64,000 nucleotides of DNA from an uncultured delta proteobacterium (lineage in GTDB: Bacteria > Desulfobacterota > Syntrophorhabdia > Syntrophorhabdales > WCHB1-27). The notes beneath the pieces were generated by a model. It worked only from the letters and a program-made list of their open reading frames with translations, was not told the origin of the DNA and did no database searches. Position numbers and translations under genes: made by a program. The stretch covers positions 32,001-96,000 of the forward strand of contig CAWEPK010000003.1 in the NCBI GenBank assembly GCA_963810935.1, given 5' to 3'. This document shows positions 55,799-64,000 of the stretch, piece by piece (the stretch's first letter is position 1; each line of letters begins with the position of its first letter).

Positions 55799-57242
55799 GG
55801 TGCTTTATGGCTTTTTCGTAAAGCGACCGGTATTCGCCGGCCGATTTGTCCCACGAAAAATCCTGTGCCATGCCACGTTTCATCAGCCCGGTCCATCTGG
55901 CGTCGTCGGCGCGTACGGTAAGGGCGCGCTCCACGGCGACCATCATGGCGCCGACCGTGTATTCCCGGAACTTAAAGCCGGTATTCGAATCGGGTTCCGC
56001 GGGGTCGTCTCTGATCGTGTCTTCAAGCCCACCGACTGCGCGAACGATGGGGACGGTGCCGTACCGGAGGCTGTAAAGCTGGTTGAGTCCGCACGGCTCA
56101 TATTGCGACGGCATGAGGAACATATCCGCGCCGGCCTCGATGAGGTGGGCCAGGGCGTTATCGTATGCGATCTTCAACGCGAACGACCGCGGGTATTTCC
56201 GGGCAAGCTCGGTGAACAACTCGTGGTACTTGCGCTCCCCGGTACCGAGCAGGATGTACTGAACGCCGCTGGAAACGAGCTTTTCGAACCCTTGCGCTAT
56301 AAGGTCGAACCCCTTCTGGTCCGCAAGGCGGGAGATGCCGGCTATGAGGGTCGCGTTCTCATCGACCGGCAGGCCGAACGCCTTTTGCAAGGCCGCTTTG
56401 CAGGCCGCTTTTCCCTTGAGGTCGTCTGCGCTGTAGCGCTCCGGAATGAATCGGTCCGTCTCCGGGTTCCAATCATCGTAGTCGATCCCGTTGACTATGC
56501 CGTACAGGTCTTCCTTCCGCGTCCGGAGGATGCCGTCGAGGCCCGCGCCGAACTCGCGCGTCTGGATCTCCTGGCTGTATTTCCTGCTGACCGTATTGAT
56601 GACATCGGCAAAGACGATGCCGCCCTTCAGGAAATTGATTTTCCCGTAGAATTCCAAGAAGTTAGGCGTGAAATATTCCCAGCCTATGTTGAGGAGGTGC
56701 CAATCGAGGTGCCAGAAAAGCCCCGGATAACCGAGGTTGTGGACGGTCAGGAGGGTGGAGATGCGCGAAAGCAGGGGGTCAGGCCTGAAAATAGTGCTCA
56801 GGTAGACGGGCACGAGTGCTGTTTGCCAATCGTTGCAATGGATGACGTCGGGCACGAAGCCCGTCTGGCGGGCCGTCTCGATGATTGCCCGCGAAAAGAA
56901 GACGAAGCGCTCGGCGTTGTCTATAAAATCCCCATCCTGCGTGCTGTAAAGGTTGTCCCGGTAAAAATATTCGTCCCTTTCAACGAGGTAGACCGTCACT
57001 CCATTTAAGCGGCTCTCGACGATCTCAGCATCGACGACCGTCTGCGAGACAGGGACCGCGACGTGGATACCCGTATAATCTATAGGCAGGCCCTTCTCCT
57101 CGACACCCTTATATTTGGGCAGAATGAGCCGCACATCGACGCCGGCCTTTGCAAGTGCCTTGGGAAGCGCCCCCGCCACGTCCGCCAGCCCGCCTGTTTT
57201 CGCGAAGGGAACCGCCTCCGAAGACGCCAGAAGGACCTTCAT
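55785..57242 (-). CDS. glgA: Glycogen synthase
   Basis: KTGGLADV, HCNDWQ, SRLADQKG, EPCGLNQ. Confidence 0.95.
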   Translation of the reverse strand: MKVLLASSEAVPFAKTGGLADVAGALPKALAKAGVDVRLILPKYKGVEEKGLPIDYTGIHVAVPVSQTVVDAEIVESRLNGVTVYLVERDEYFYRDNLYSTQDGDFIDNAERFVFFSRAIIETARQTGFVPDVIHCNDWQTALVPVYLSTIFRPDPLLSRISTLLTVHNLGYPGLFWHLDWHLLNIGWEYFTPNFLEFYGKINFLKGGIVFADVINTVSRKYSQEIQTREFGAGLDGILRTRKEDLYGIVNGIDYDDWNPETDRFIPERYSADDLKGKAACKAALQKAFGLPVDENATLIAGISRLADQKGFDLIAQGFEKLVSSGVQYILLGTGERKYHELFTELARKYPRSFALKIAYDNALAHLIEAGADMFLMPSQYEPCGLNQLYSLRYGTVPIVRAVGGLEDTIRDDPAEPDSNTGFKFREYTVGAMMVAVERALTVRADDARWTGLMKRGMAQDFSWDKSAGEYRSLYEKAIKHHEFR

Positions 57243-57254
57243 CCGTTCCTCCCT

Positions 57255-58265
57255 TTAGAACTCGGCCTCCTGAAGAAAAATGGTCGCCTCTTCAGGAGGG
57301 GTAGGGTTGATATAGAAACCGGTCCCCCATTCGAAACCGGCCATTTTAGTGAGCCTGGGTATGACCTCCATGTGCCAGTGGTAGAAAGGCGCGTCGGTCA
57401 TCTCGACAGGGGTGGTGTGGATCATGTAATTGTACGGCGGGCAGTTGAGCACCTTTTCGAGCTTCTTCAGGACTACCGAGAGGGCGTCGGCTGCCGCGAA
57501 GTAGTTGTCGTGGGCCCTTGAAAAGAGGAAAGATTCCTCGTGGACCTTGGGAAGGATCCATGTCTCGAACGGGAAGCGGGAGGCGAAGGGGGAAAGGGCG
57601 ATGAAACTCTCATTTTCGTAAATGATCCTGCGCCTTTCCTCCATTTCCTGCGCAATTATATCGCAGAAAACGCACCTGTCCCGGTACTTGTAATAATTGA
57701 GAGAGCCGGAGATCTCCTCCGAAAGCCGCTTGGGGATGATGGGCAGGGCGATGAGCTGCGAGTGCGAATGGGCCAGCGAGGCGCCCGCCATGGAGCCCTG
57801 GTTCTTGAAGATCATGATGAACTTGAAGCGTTTGTCCCGGAGCAGGTCGAGGGTCCGTTCCCTGTATGCGATGAAGACATTCTGCACGGAAGGCACGTCC
57901 ATCCCGGTAAGGGTCTGGCTGTGTATGGGCGTCTCGACGATAACCTCGTGCGCCCCGACCCCGTTCATCTTGTCGTAAAGACCAAGCCCCTGCTTGTTCA
58001 GCTCGCCCTCGATGCGCAGCGCCGGGAACTTGTTGGGCACGACTCTTAGTATCCAGTTTGCGCTGTTCGGCGGGGACGAGACGAAGGCCGGGCGGATGGC
58101 GAAGACCTCCGGGGGCGTCATGGCCTCGTTGCCCGGGCAGAGCGGGCAAATGGCGCCCGGCTTGGGCGCTTCCTCCGCCTCGGCGAGGAAGACGGGCCTC
58201 TTTCCGCGCTCGGACGATATGATCACCCATCGGTCGATGATCGGGTCTTTTCTCAACTCCGGCAT
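57255..58265 (-). CDS. galT: Galactose-1-phosphate uridylyltransferase family (HIT) protein
   Basis: ELRKDP, CPLCPGNE, PNKFPAL, HSHSQ. Confidence 0.88.
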   Translation of the reverse strand: MPELRKDPIIDRWVIISSERGKRPVFLAEAEEAPKPGAICPLCPGNEAMTPPEVFAIRPAFVSSPPNSANWILRVVPNKFPALRIEGELNKQGLGLYDKMNGVGAHEVIVETPIHSQTLTGMDVPSVQNVFIAYRERTLDLLRDKRFKFIMIFKNQGSMAGASLAHSHSQLIALPIIPKRLSEEISGSLNYYKYRDRCVFCDIIAQEMEERRRIIYENESFIALSPFASRFPFETWILPKVHEESFLFSRAHDNYFAAADALSVVLKKLEKVLNCPPYNYMIHTTPVEMTDAPFYHWHMEVIPRLTKMAGFEWGTGFYINPTPPEEATIFLQEAEF

Positions 58266-58326
58266 CTACTGCTCCAGTGCGGTGATCTCTTTGACACGGG
58301 CTAAGCTGCGTGGTAATACATAGACG

Positions 58327-59001
58327 ATGATACCGTTGAAGGACAACGTCCCAACGCGCACATTTCCCATTATAACAATTGCCATAGTCCTTGTAAACAT
58401 CTTCATTTTCGCATGGTCCTTCACCCTTTCGCCTGACATGGAACAGGGCCTTGTACACAAGTTCGCCTTGATCCCGAATGACCTGATGATTGCCCTTTCG
58501 TCCAACATTGAACTCCTACCTTATAATGTAATGACTATATTTACCTCGATGTTTCTCCACGGCGGTTTTCTCCACATAGGCGGGAACATGCTTTATCTAT
58601 GGATATTCGGGAACAATGTGGAAGACGCAGCGGGTCATATGCGGTTCATTCTCTTTTATCTTTTGTCCGGGGTCGCCGCGGGCCTCGTGCAGTGCTCCTT
58701 CGACCCGTCCTCCCCGGTGCCGATGATCGGCGCCAGCGGGGCGGTCTCCGGCGTCCTGGGCGCCTATCTGATACTCTACCCGAGAGCCAAGGTTAAGACC
58801 CTCGTCTTTGTCTTTCTGTTCATCACTACCATAGATGTGCCGGCCATGCTGCTTCTGACGGTCTGGTTCTTTGTCCAGATTGCGTTCTCCCACGGGGCCG
58901 GGGGCGTGGCGTGGTTCGCCCATATAGGCGGTTTTATCTTCGGGATGCTCGCCATAAAGATATTCGCCAGGGGCAGGCCGAAGCCGCGCGTCGCCTGGTG
59001 A
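58327..59001 (+). CDS. Rhomboid family intramembrane serine protease
   Basis: HIGGNM, GASGAVSG, AHIGG. Confidence 0.92.
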   Translation: MIPLKDNVPTRTFPIITIAIVLVNIFIFAWSFTLSPDMEQGLVHKFALIPNDLMIALSSNIELLPYNVMTIFTSMFLHGGFLHIGGNMLYLWIFGNNVEDAAGHMRFILFYLLSGVAAGLVQCSFDPSSPVPMIGASGAVSGVLGAYLILYPRAKVKTLVFVFLFITTIDVPAMLLLTVWFFVQIAFSHGAGGVAWFAHIGGFIFGMLAIKIFARGRPKPRVAW

Positions 59002-59004
59002 TAA

Positions 59005-59020
59005 TGTTTCACGTGAAACA
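59005..59020. other. parS centromere-like site
   Basis: Perfect TGTTTCACGTGAAACA within a 26-bp perfect palindrome (59000-59025). Confidence 0.9.
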
Positions 59021-59040
59021 TTATCGCGGGTCGGAAAGAT

Positions 59041-60462
59041 CTAATGCAGTAAAATAGCTCCCTGCCTGCGCAGTTCGGCGCGGACATCGTCCGGGTCGAT
59101 GTCACGAACACGGACCGCCTTTCGCGCTGCGACGGCTGCGCAGACGCCCGCCGCCTGGCCGGTAGCGACGGAGATGGGCATGACGCGATAAGAGGAAAGT
59201 GCCTCGTGCGTGCCGGAAATGCAGCGGCCGGCCAAAAGGAGGCCCTCCGTCGACTCCGGTATAAGGCACCGCAGCGGGATGTCGTACGCCTCGCCTGCCG
59301 GTACGCGCCGGAGCGTAGTGCCGCGGCCGGCCGGGTTATGTATGTCAATGGGGTAGGTGCCGTGCGCGATTGCGTCATCGAACTTTCGCGCGGACAGGAT
59401 GTCTTCAGCGGTAAGGACGTAACGACCCGTTATCCTTCGCGTTTCCCTCACTCCCACCGTCGCGCCGCTCTGCGCCAGGTAGGCGTTTTCGAAACCCGGC
59501 ACGTATTTCTTGAGGAAAGCCGCTATCTGGCGCACCTGGCGGCGTCCCTGCCATTCGGCATGGGTCAGGTCGAAAATCTCCATGCCCGACACGTTTGTGA
59601 CGCGGGTGCTGTTGACCGACACGTCCTGCCTGTGTGTCGTAGAGAAGAGCAAGATATCTTCGCGGGGCAGGTCGAGCTCCCCGGCCTGCGTTGCCCGATC
59701 TATAAGCTCCCACAGCCCATGGACGCCCTGCCACTGGCCGGGGTGCGTGCGGCAGTAACCCTGCAGGGCGGATGCCTCGAACTGCGCCATAAGGAACATA
59801 AGGCTCATCGGCTGGACCAGCCCGTCCTCTTTCCGGCCGGATTCGAAGGCGCACCCGGCCAAAGCGGCCACGTCCCCATCCCCGGTGCAGTCTACTATGA
59901 CCTTGGCCCGAAGAACGACGGGCCCCGACTTGGTCTCGAAGACAACGCCCCGGCTCCCTTCGTCCCCGGCCACCCCGCCCGCGAAGGTGTGGAGCAGAAA
60001 TTGTACGCCCGCCTCATCGAGGAGGTCGAAGGCTACGGTCTTGAAGACCTCTGCGTCGAAAGGGACGACGAAGCCCGTAGAAGGCGACGCCGCTATTGCC
60101 CCACCGGCCCTGACGAGCCGTTCCACCAGCGTGCCGAGTGCGCCCCCTATGACGGGTTTGCCTGCGCTGTGGTCCTGTGGGAGCAGCATGCAGACGTCCT
60201 GACCCTTCCGGCCGTCCTTCGCCGGAAGCTCCGTATAATAGGTTGCGATGGGCATGACAAGGGCAGCGGTAGCGTTTCCGCCAAGGAAACCGTACTGCTC
60301 GGCCAGGACAACGCCGGCGCCTGCTCCCGCTGCACCGAGGGCTGCGCCGAGGCCGGCCGGCCCGCCCCCCGCGATGAGGACGTCCGCCTCTCCCAGGTCG
60401 AGGGCGTCTCTCGGGGGGAGTCTAATCTGTGTGGCGTGAGGGGGCCGCTTGAGGGGCGGCAT
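59041..60462 (-). CDS. FAD-dependent oxidoreductase
   Basis: AGGGPAG, DCTGDGD, GVRETRRI, AGRCISG. Confidence 0.85.
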   Translation of the reverse strand: MPPLKRPPHATQIRLPPRDALDLGEADVLIAGGGPAGLGAALGAAGAGAGVVLAEQYGFLGGNATAALVMPIATYYTELPAKDGRKGQDVCMLLPQDHSAGKPVIGGALGTLVERLVRAGGAIAASPSTGFVVPFDAEVFKTVAFDLLDEAGVQFLLHTFAGGVAGDEGSRGVVFETKSGPVVLRAKVIVDCTGDGDVAALAGCAFESGRKEDGLVQPMSLMFLMAQFEASALQGYCRTHPGQWQGVHGLWELIDRATQAGELDLPREDILLFSTTHRQDVSVNSTRVTNVSGMEIFDLTHAEWQGRRQVRQIAAFLKKYVPGFENAYLAQSGATVGVRETRRITGRYVLTAEDILSARKFDDAIAHGTYPIDIHNPAGRGTTLRRVPAGEAYDIPLRCLIPESTEGLLLAGRCISGTHEALSSYRVMPISVATGQAAGVCAAVAARKAVRVRDIDPDDVRAELRRQGAILLH

Positions 60463-61627
60463 TTCTCCTCCGGTGTGCTGCCCCTGCCGCGACGTGCTGC
60501 TTCCCGGCCCCGACCTGCGTAAGAAGCTGTACGGCGAGCATGTTTGTTTCCTGGGCGCGCTTTTTTAAGGCAGGCAGGGCCGCGTTGATCTGGGCCTGAA
60601 GGGCGGCGTGGCCATCCCAGGCCCTGTCGATGTAAGCGATAAGGCGACCCGAGTTTACGAGCTTCATGGGCGGCATGTCGATGTTTAGGTCCTGAAGGAA
60701 CCCGAAGACCTTGGACGCATAAGGAAGGGCCACGAAGGGCACCCCCCGGAGCGCAGCAAAGATAAGGAAATGGAGGCGCATGCCGACCGCAAATCTGAAA
60801 TCCTTCATGATTGTCAGCATTTGGCCGGCCGTGTAGTTGGCGGAGAGCACGCCTGCCTTTTGCGGCCGGAGCATCTGGGAGATGACGGCGTGGGCGTGCT
60901 GCATGTCGAGCACCTTCCGCTCCATCGGAACAAAGACTACCTGCACGTTATAGCGATCGACTATATAATCTGCGGCGTTTGCGAGCAGGGCATGGTAGGA
61001 ATCCTGGTTAATGTCCGGTGCGGCCAGCCCCGGCTCCCGGACCGACATGCCAACCAGTTGCCCCCTCTCCTCAATGCCTTCGCACTGGAAGGTTTTTGTA
61101 GGGAGCGGCTCGGGGGTCAGGAGCAGGGCCGGGTCTGCCGTCACGACGATCTCTCTAGCGACGCCCGCGTCTTCCAGCACCTTTTTGGCGCTCCGCTCCC
61201 GAACTGTCACGATAGCCGCCTTTTCCAGGGCCTCGCGGACAAGCCGCTGATTGCGGGGGTCGCGCAAAGGGCCCGCGCCAACCGCGTAGAGCATGACCGG
61301 CACGCCCCTTTCGTGCGCCATGTTGACCTCGCGCAGGTATTCCTGCACCTCCCCGTCGAAAAGGATCCCGCCGCCTCCCAGGATGAAAAGGTCGAGACCC
61401 TCGATCTCCGGCAGCACTTCATCGCGCGACATGGTCCGCACGGGCACTGCCTTCTCCACCCTGTGGCGCCCCAGTGTATCGGCCGGGTCTTTGCTGAAAA
61501 CGGTAATATCGACATGGAGGGATGACCGGAGCCCGGCGATGATCGACTGCAAAATGGCCTCGTCGCCCAGGTTGAGGCCCCCGTAAGACCCGGATATCCC
61601 TACCCGATATGTTTTCCGGCCTTTCAT
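60422..61627 (-). CDS. Polysaccharide pyruvyl transferase family (CsaB-like)
   Basis: NLGDEA, GGGGI, TVRE, ADPA, GMRLH. Confidence 0.85.
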   Translation of the reverse strand: MKGRKTYRVGISGSYGGLNLGDEAILQSIIAGLRSSLHVDITVFSKDPADTLGRHRVEKAVPVRTMSRDEVLPEIEGLDLFILGGGGILFDGEVQEYLREVNMAHERGVPVMLYAVGAGPLRDPRNQRLVREALEKAAIVTVRERSAKKVLEDAGVAREIVVTADPALLLTPEPLPTKTFQCEGIEERGQLVGMSVREPGLAAPDINQDSYHALLANAADYIVDRYNVQVVFVPMERKVLDMQHAHAVISQMLRPQKAGVLSANYTAGQMLTIMKDFRFAVGMRLHFLIFAALRGVPFVALPYASKVFGFLQDLNIDMPPMKLVNSGRLIAYIDRAWDGHAALQAQINAALPALKKRAQETNMLAVQLLTQVGAGKQHVAAGAAHRRRNAAPQAAPSRHTD

Positions 61628-61695
61628 GGCCTCCTTCCTTTCCGGGTCCGCCCGGGTTTCCCCCGGATCCCTTCCCCTAATAATGGAGGAAGGAA

Positions 61696-61711
61696 TGTTT
61701 CACGTGAAACA
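61696..61711. other. parS centromere-like site
   Basis: Perfect TGTTTCACGTGAAACA. Confidence 0.9.
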
Positions 61712-61744
61712 TTTTCGCGACCTTCGCCTTTGCTGCCGGCCGGA

Positions 61745-62320
61745 TCAGGCCGCCCGCCTCTTTCCGGCCTTCTTCCAATGCGCCGAGAAAAGAGAAATCA
61801 TTTCGCGGTTAAAGGCGGGGATGTCTTTGGGGCTGCGGCTGCTCACCCAGTTGCGGTCCCGCACGACCTCCTTGTCTTCCCATTCAGCCCCGCCGTTTAT
61901 CAAATCGTCGCGGATCGTGTGGTAGCTCGTAAGTCTTCTGCCCTTGAGGAGGCAGGCCGATACGAGCAGCCAGGGGCCGTGGCAGATGACTGCTATCGGC
62001 TTGCCTGCCGAGTCGATCTCCTTGACTATCTGTTGCGCTTTCTTCTCGATGCGCAAGGCGTCTGCGTTGAGCGCCCCACCCGGCAGAAGGACCGCGTCGA
62101 AGCGGGACGCGTCGGCCTTATCGAGTGACAGGTCAACAGGGAAGGTGTCGGCCATTTCGGTGTGGTTTACCCCCCGCACCTTTCCGCTGTGCGGTGCGAC
62201 GAGTAGAGTCTCGGCGCCTGCGGCCTTGAGCGCCTTTCTCGGCTCGGTCATCTCCGCCTGCTCGAAATGGTCCGTAACAAGAATAGCCACCCTCATGCCG
62301 TCGAGTACTTTATCTGTCAT
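61745..62320 (-). CDS. PfpI/DJ-1 family protein (YhbO-like)
   Basis: FEQAE, LPGG, ICHGPW, SSRSP. Confidence 0.9.
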   Translation of the reverse strand: MTDKVLDGMRVAILVTDHFEQAEMTEPRKALKAAGAETLLVAPHSGKVRGVNHTEMADTFPVDLSLDKADASRFDAVLLPGGALNADALRIEKKAQQIVKEIDSAGKPIAVICHGPWLLVSACLLKGRRLTSYHTIRDDLINGGAEWEDKEVVRDRNWVSSRSPKDIPAFNREMISLFSAHWKKAGKRRAA

Positions 62321-62430
62321 ATTACCTCCTTTCCCGCCGCCCGCCAATCGGGGGCGGAATGCGCAGCGGGCCTACCGTATTCATGCATTACTTAAAATTA
62401 GGGCGCGAAACGGGTTTGTCAATCACAGCA

Positions 62431-62484
62431 AGGGCCATTCCATGCGGCTGAAGCCGGTGTAGGGGGTGCTGAACCCCAATGATA
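62431..62484 (-). repeat. Degenerate REP-like repeat copy
   Basis: Minus strand TATCATTGGGGTTCAGCACCCCCTACACCGGC... Confidence 0.65.
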
Positions 62485-62529
62485 ACCCTGCTTGACTTTC
62501 TCGGGGTGGTAGGAATAAGCTCTTTCGCT

Positions 62530-63351
62530 ATGAAAGACCTCTCCCTCGGCATGTTCGATTCGGGCATCGGCGGCCTGACCGTCCTCAAGGAAGTCAGAAA
62601 GCTCCTGCCCCACGAGCATATCGTCTACCTTGGCGACACTGCGCGCGTGCCTTACGGCAACAGGTCGGCCGCTGCCGTCACCCGCTATTCCCTGGAAAAT
62701 GCGCGGTTTCTGCTGTCGAAGGGCATAAAAATGCTGATCGTCGCCTGCAACACGTCGAGCGCCATAGCGCTGCCCGTGCTCAAAAAACGGCTGCCCGTCC
62801 CAGTGATCGGCGTCATCGAGCCGCCGTCCAGAGAGGCGGTCAGCCGCACCCGGACCAAAAGGATCGGGGTGATAGGCACGAGGGCGACGATAGGGAGCCG
62901 CGCCTACGAGCGGACGATCGGGCGCCTCGACCCCTCGGCGCAGGTTGTCTCCAGGGCATGCCCTCTTTTCGTGCCTATCGTGGAAGAAGGGCTCGAGGCA
63001 GACGAGATCGCAAAGCTTACGGTTGAAAAATACCTGGGCGATTTTTCCCGCCTGTCGATAGACGTCCTCGTTATGGGCTGTACCCATTATCCCATCCTCG
63101 AAAAAAAGATCCGCAGCCTCCTCGGAAAGGGCGTTTACATAGTCAATACGGGGAGGGAGACGGCGGCCGAGGTCCGCAGGGTGCTGGAAAAGAACGGCTC
63201 ACTGAGGTCGTCCGGAAAGGGCGGGTGCGATTATTTCGTGACCGATGCCCCCGACAAGCTTTCAGACCTGGGCAGCCGCGTGCTCGGCGAGCCCCTGAAA
63301 AAAGTGAGGCTCGCGAGGTTAGAGACGACGCAGCCCCCGCTTTCCCCATGA
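62530..63351 (+). CDS. murI: Glutamate racemase
   Basis: FDSGIGGLTV, PYG, ACNT, GCTHY. Confidence 0.96.
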   Translation: MKDLSLGMFDSGIGGLTVLKEVRKLLPHEHIVYLGDTARVPYGNRSAAAVTRYSLENARFLLSKGIKMLIVACNTSSAIALPVLKKRLPVPVIGVIEPPSREAVSRTRTKRIGVIGTRATIGSRAYERTIGRLDPSAQVVSRACPLFVPIVEEGLEADEIAKLTVEKYLGDFSRLSIDVLVMGCTHYPILEKKIRSLLGKGVYIVNTGRETAAEVRRVLEKNGSLRSSGKGGCDYFVTDAPDKLSDLGSRVLGEPLKKVRLARLETTQPPLSP

Positions 63352-64000
63352 TCGCGCAGGTAGCGCTGCCTCTGCCCATCGACAAACTCTTCTCTTACGC
63401 AGTCCCGCAGTTGCTTGCGCCTTTCGCGCGCCCGCTTATGCGCGTAAAAGTCCCTTTCCACAACCGCTCGGCAGTCGGCTACATCATCGATCTTGAGGAT
63501 GGCGACGCGGGCGGCCTCAAAAGCATCCAGACCCTCGTCGATTGCGTGCCGCTGATCGACGGGGCCTGCTTCGAGCTGTGCAAATGGGCGTCCCTCTATT
63601 ACGCCGTCCCTATCGGCCTTGTCCTCAAGTACGCCCTCTCGTCGACCATAAGTATCGAGAAATACTGTGTTTTACGTGCAACAGACCCGGCCCTCGCCCA
63701 CCTCGACGGGCTAACCCTGAAGAAGGCGTGCACCCAGACGAGCAGGCTGCGCATCCTCGAATACCTTGCCGGCTCGCAGGTGGAGTTGGCAGACCCGTTT
63801 ACCGGAGGGAAGGTCGCCGGCCGGACCTCGCCGGGGCTGCAAGCAACAGGGGCAGCGAGGCCCACGCTTTTCACCGGCTGCGTCGAGGAGCGGCTCAACC
63901 TTTACACCTCTCTTATCGCCGAGGAGCTGGGCCGGGGCAGGAGCGTCCTCATGCTTTTGCCCGATTACCGGGCGGCCGGCGCCTATTTCTACCGCTCCCT
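63348..64000 (+). CDS. priA: Primosomal protein N' (PriA)-like, partial; Walker A degenerate
   Basis: Manual translation MIAQVALPLPIDKLFSYAVP...RVKVPF...WASLYY matches the PriA 3'-binding domain; open to the window end. Confidence 0.75.
   Translation, partial: MIAQVALPLPIDKLFSYAVPQLLAPFARPLMRVKVPFHNRSAVGYIIDLEDGDAGGLKSIQTLVDCVPLIDGACFELCKWASLYYAVPIGLVLKYALSSTISIEKYCVLRATDPALAHLDGLTLKKACTQTSRLRILEYLAGSQVELADPFTGGKVAGRTSPGLQATGAARPTLFTGCVEERLNLYTSLIAEELGRGRSVLMLLPDYRAAGAYFYRS

Overview
High-GC (roughly 60% by eye) bacterial chromosomal segment. Gene content suggests an anaerobic deltaproteobacterium-like organism, possibly Syntrophorhabdaceae-like; this is an inference. The window is origin-proximal: it holds dnaA-dnaN-gyrB and two perfect parS palindromes. 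From left to right it contains: (1) a nitrogen-assimilation cluster (GSIII glutamine synthetase, P-II, two amtB paralogues, an orphan alternative sigma factor, a GAF-GAF-ANTAR regulator), split by an AorABC-type aldehyde oxidoreductase operon and a hybrid kinase; (2) a ~24 kb co-directional housekeeping run (dnaA...rho, rpmE, prfA, murA, his genes, recA, alaS, nadE); (3) tandem Ech and group 3b [NiFe]-hydrogenase operons; (4) tRNA-Ala(CGC); (5) a galT-glgA-kinase-RR-galU cluster; (6) murI and a partial priA-like gene. Main finding: an apparently undescribed two-tier nitrogen regulatory cascade. An identical bipartite motif, GTTACCA-N16-ACTTGTA, lies upstream of all three nitrogen-assimilation transcription units (glnN, amtB1-glnK, amtB2) and is the candidate promoter of the adjacent orphan sigma factor. 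ANTAR-type dual-hexaloop/terminator leaders gate the sigma gene itself and the amtB genes. Other findings: a REP-like repeat family with unusually long flanking duplications (echE 3' end, tRNA 3' end); frameshifts recurring at GAGCTG, probably a methylation-linked sequencing artefact; and a PriA-like protein lacking Walker A.
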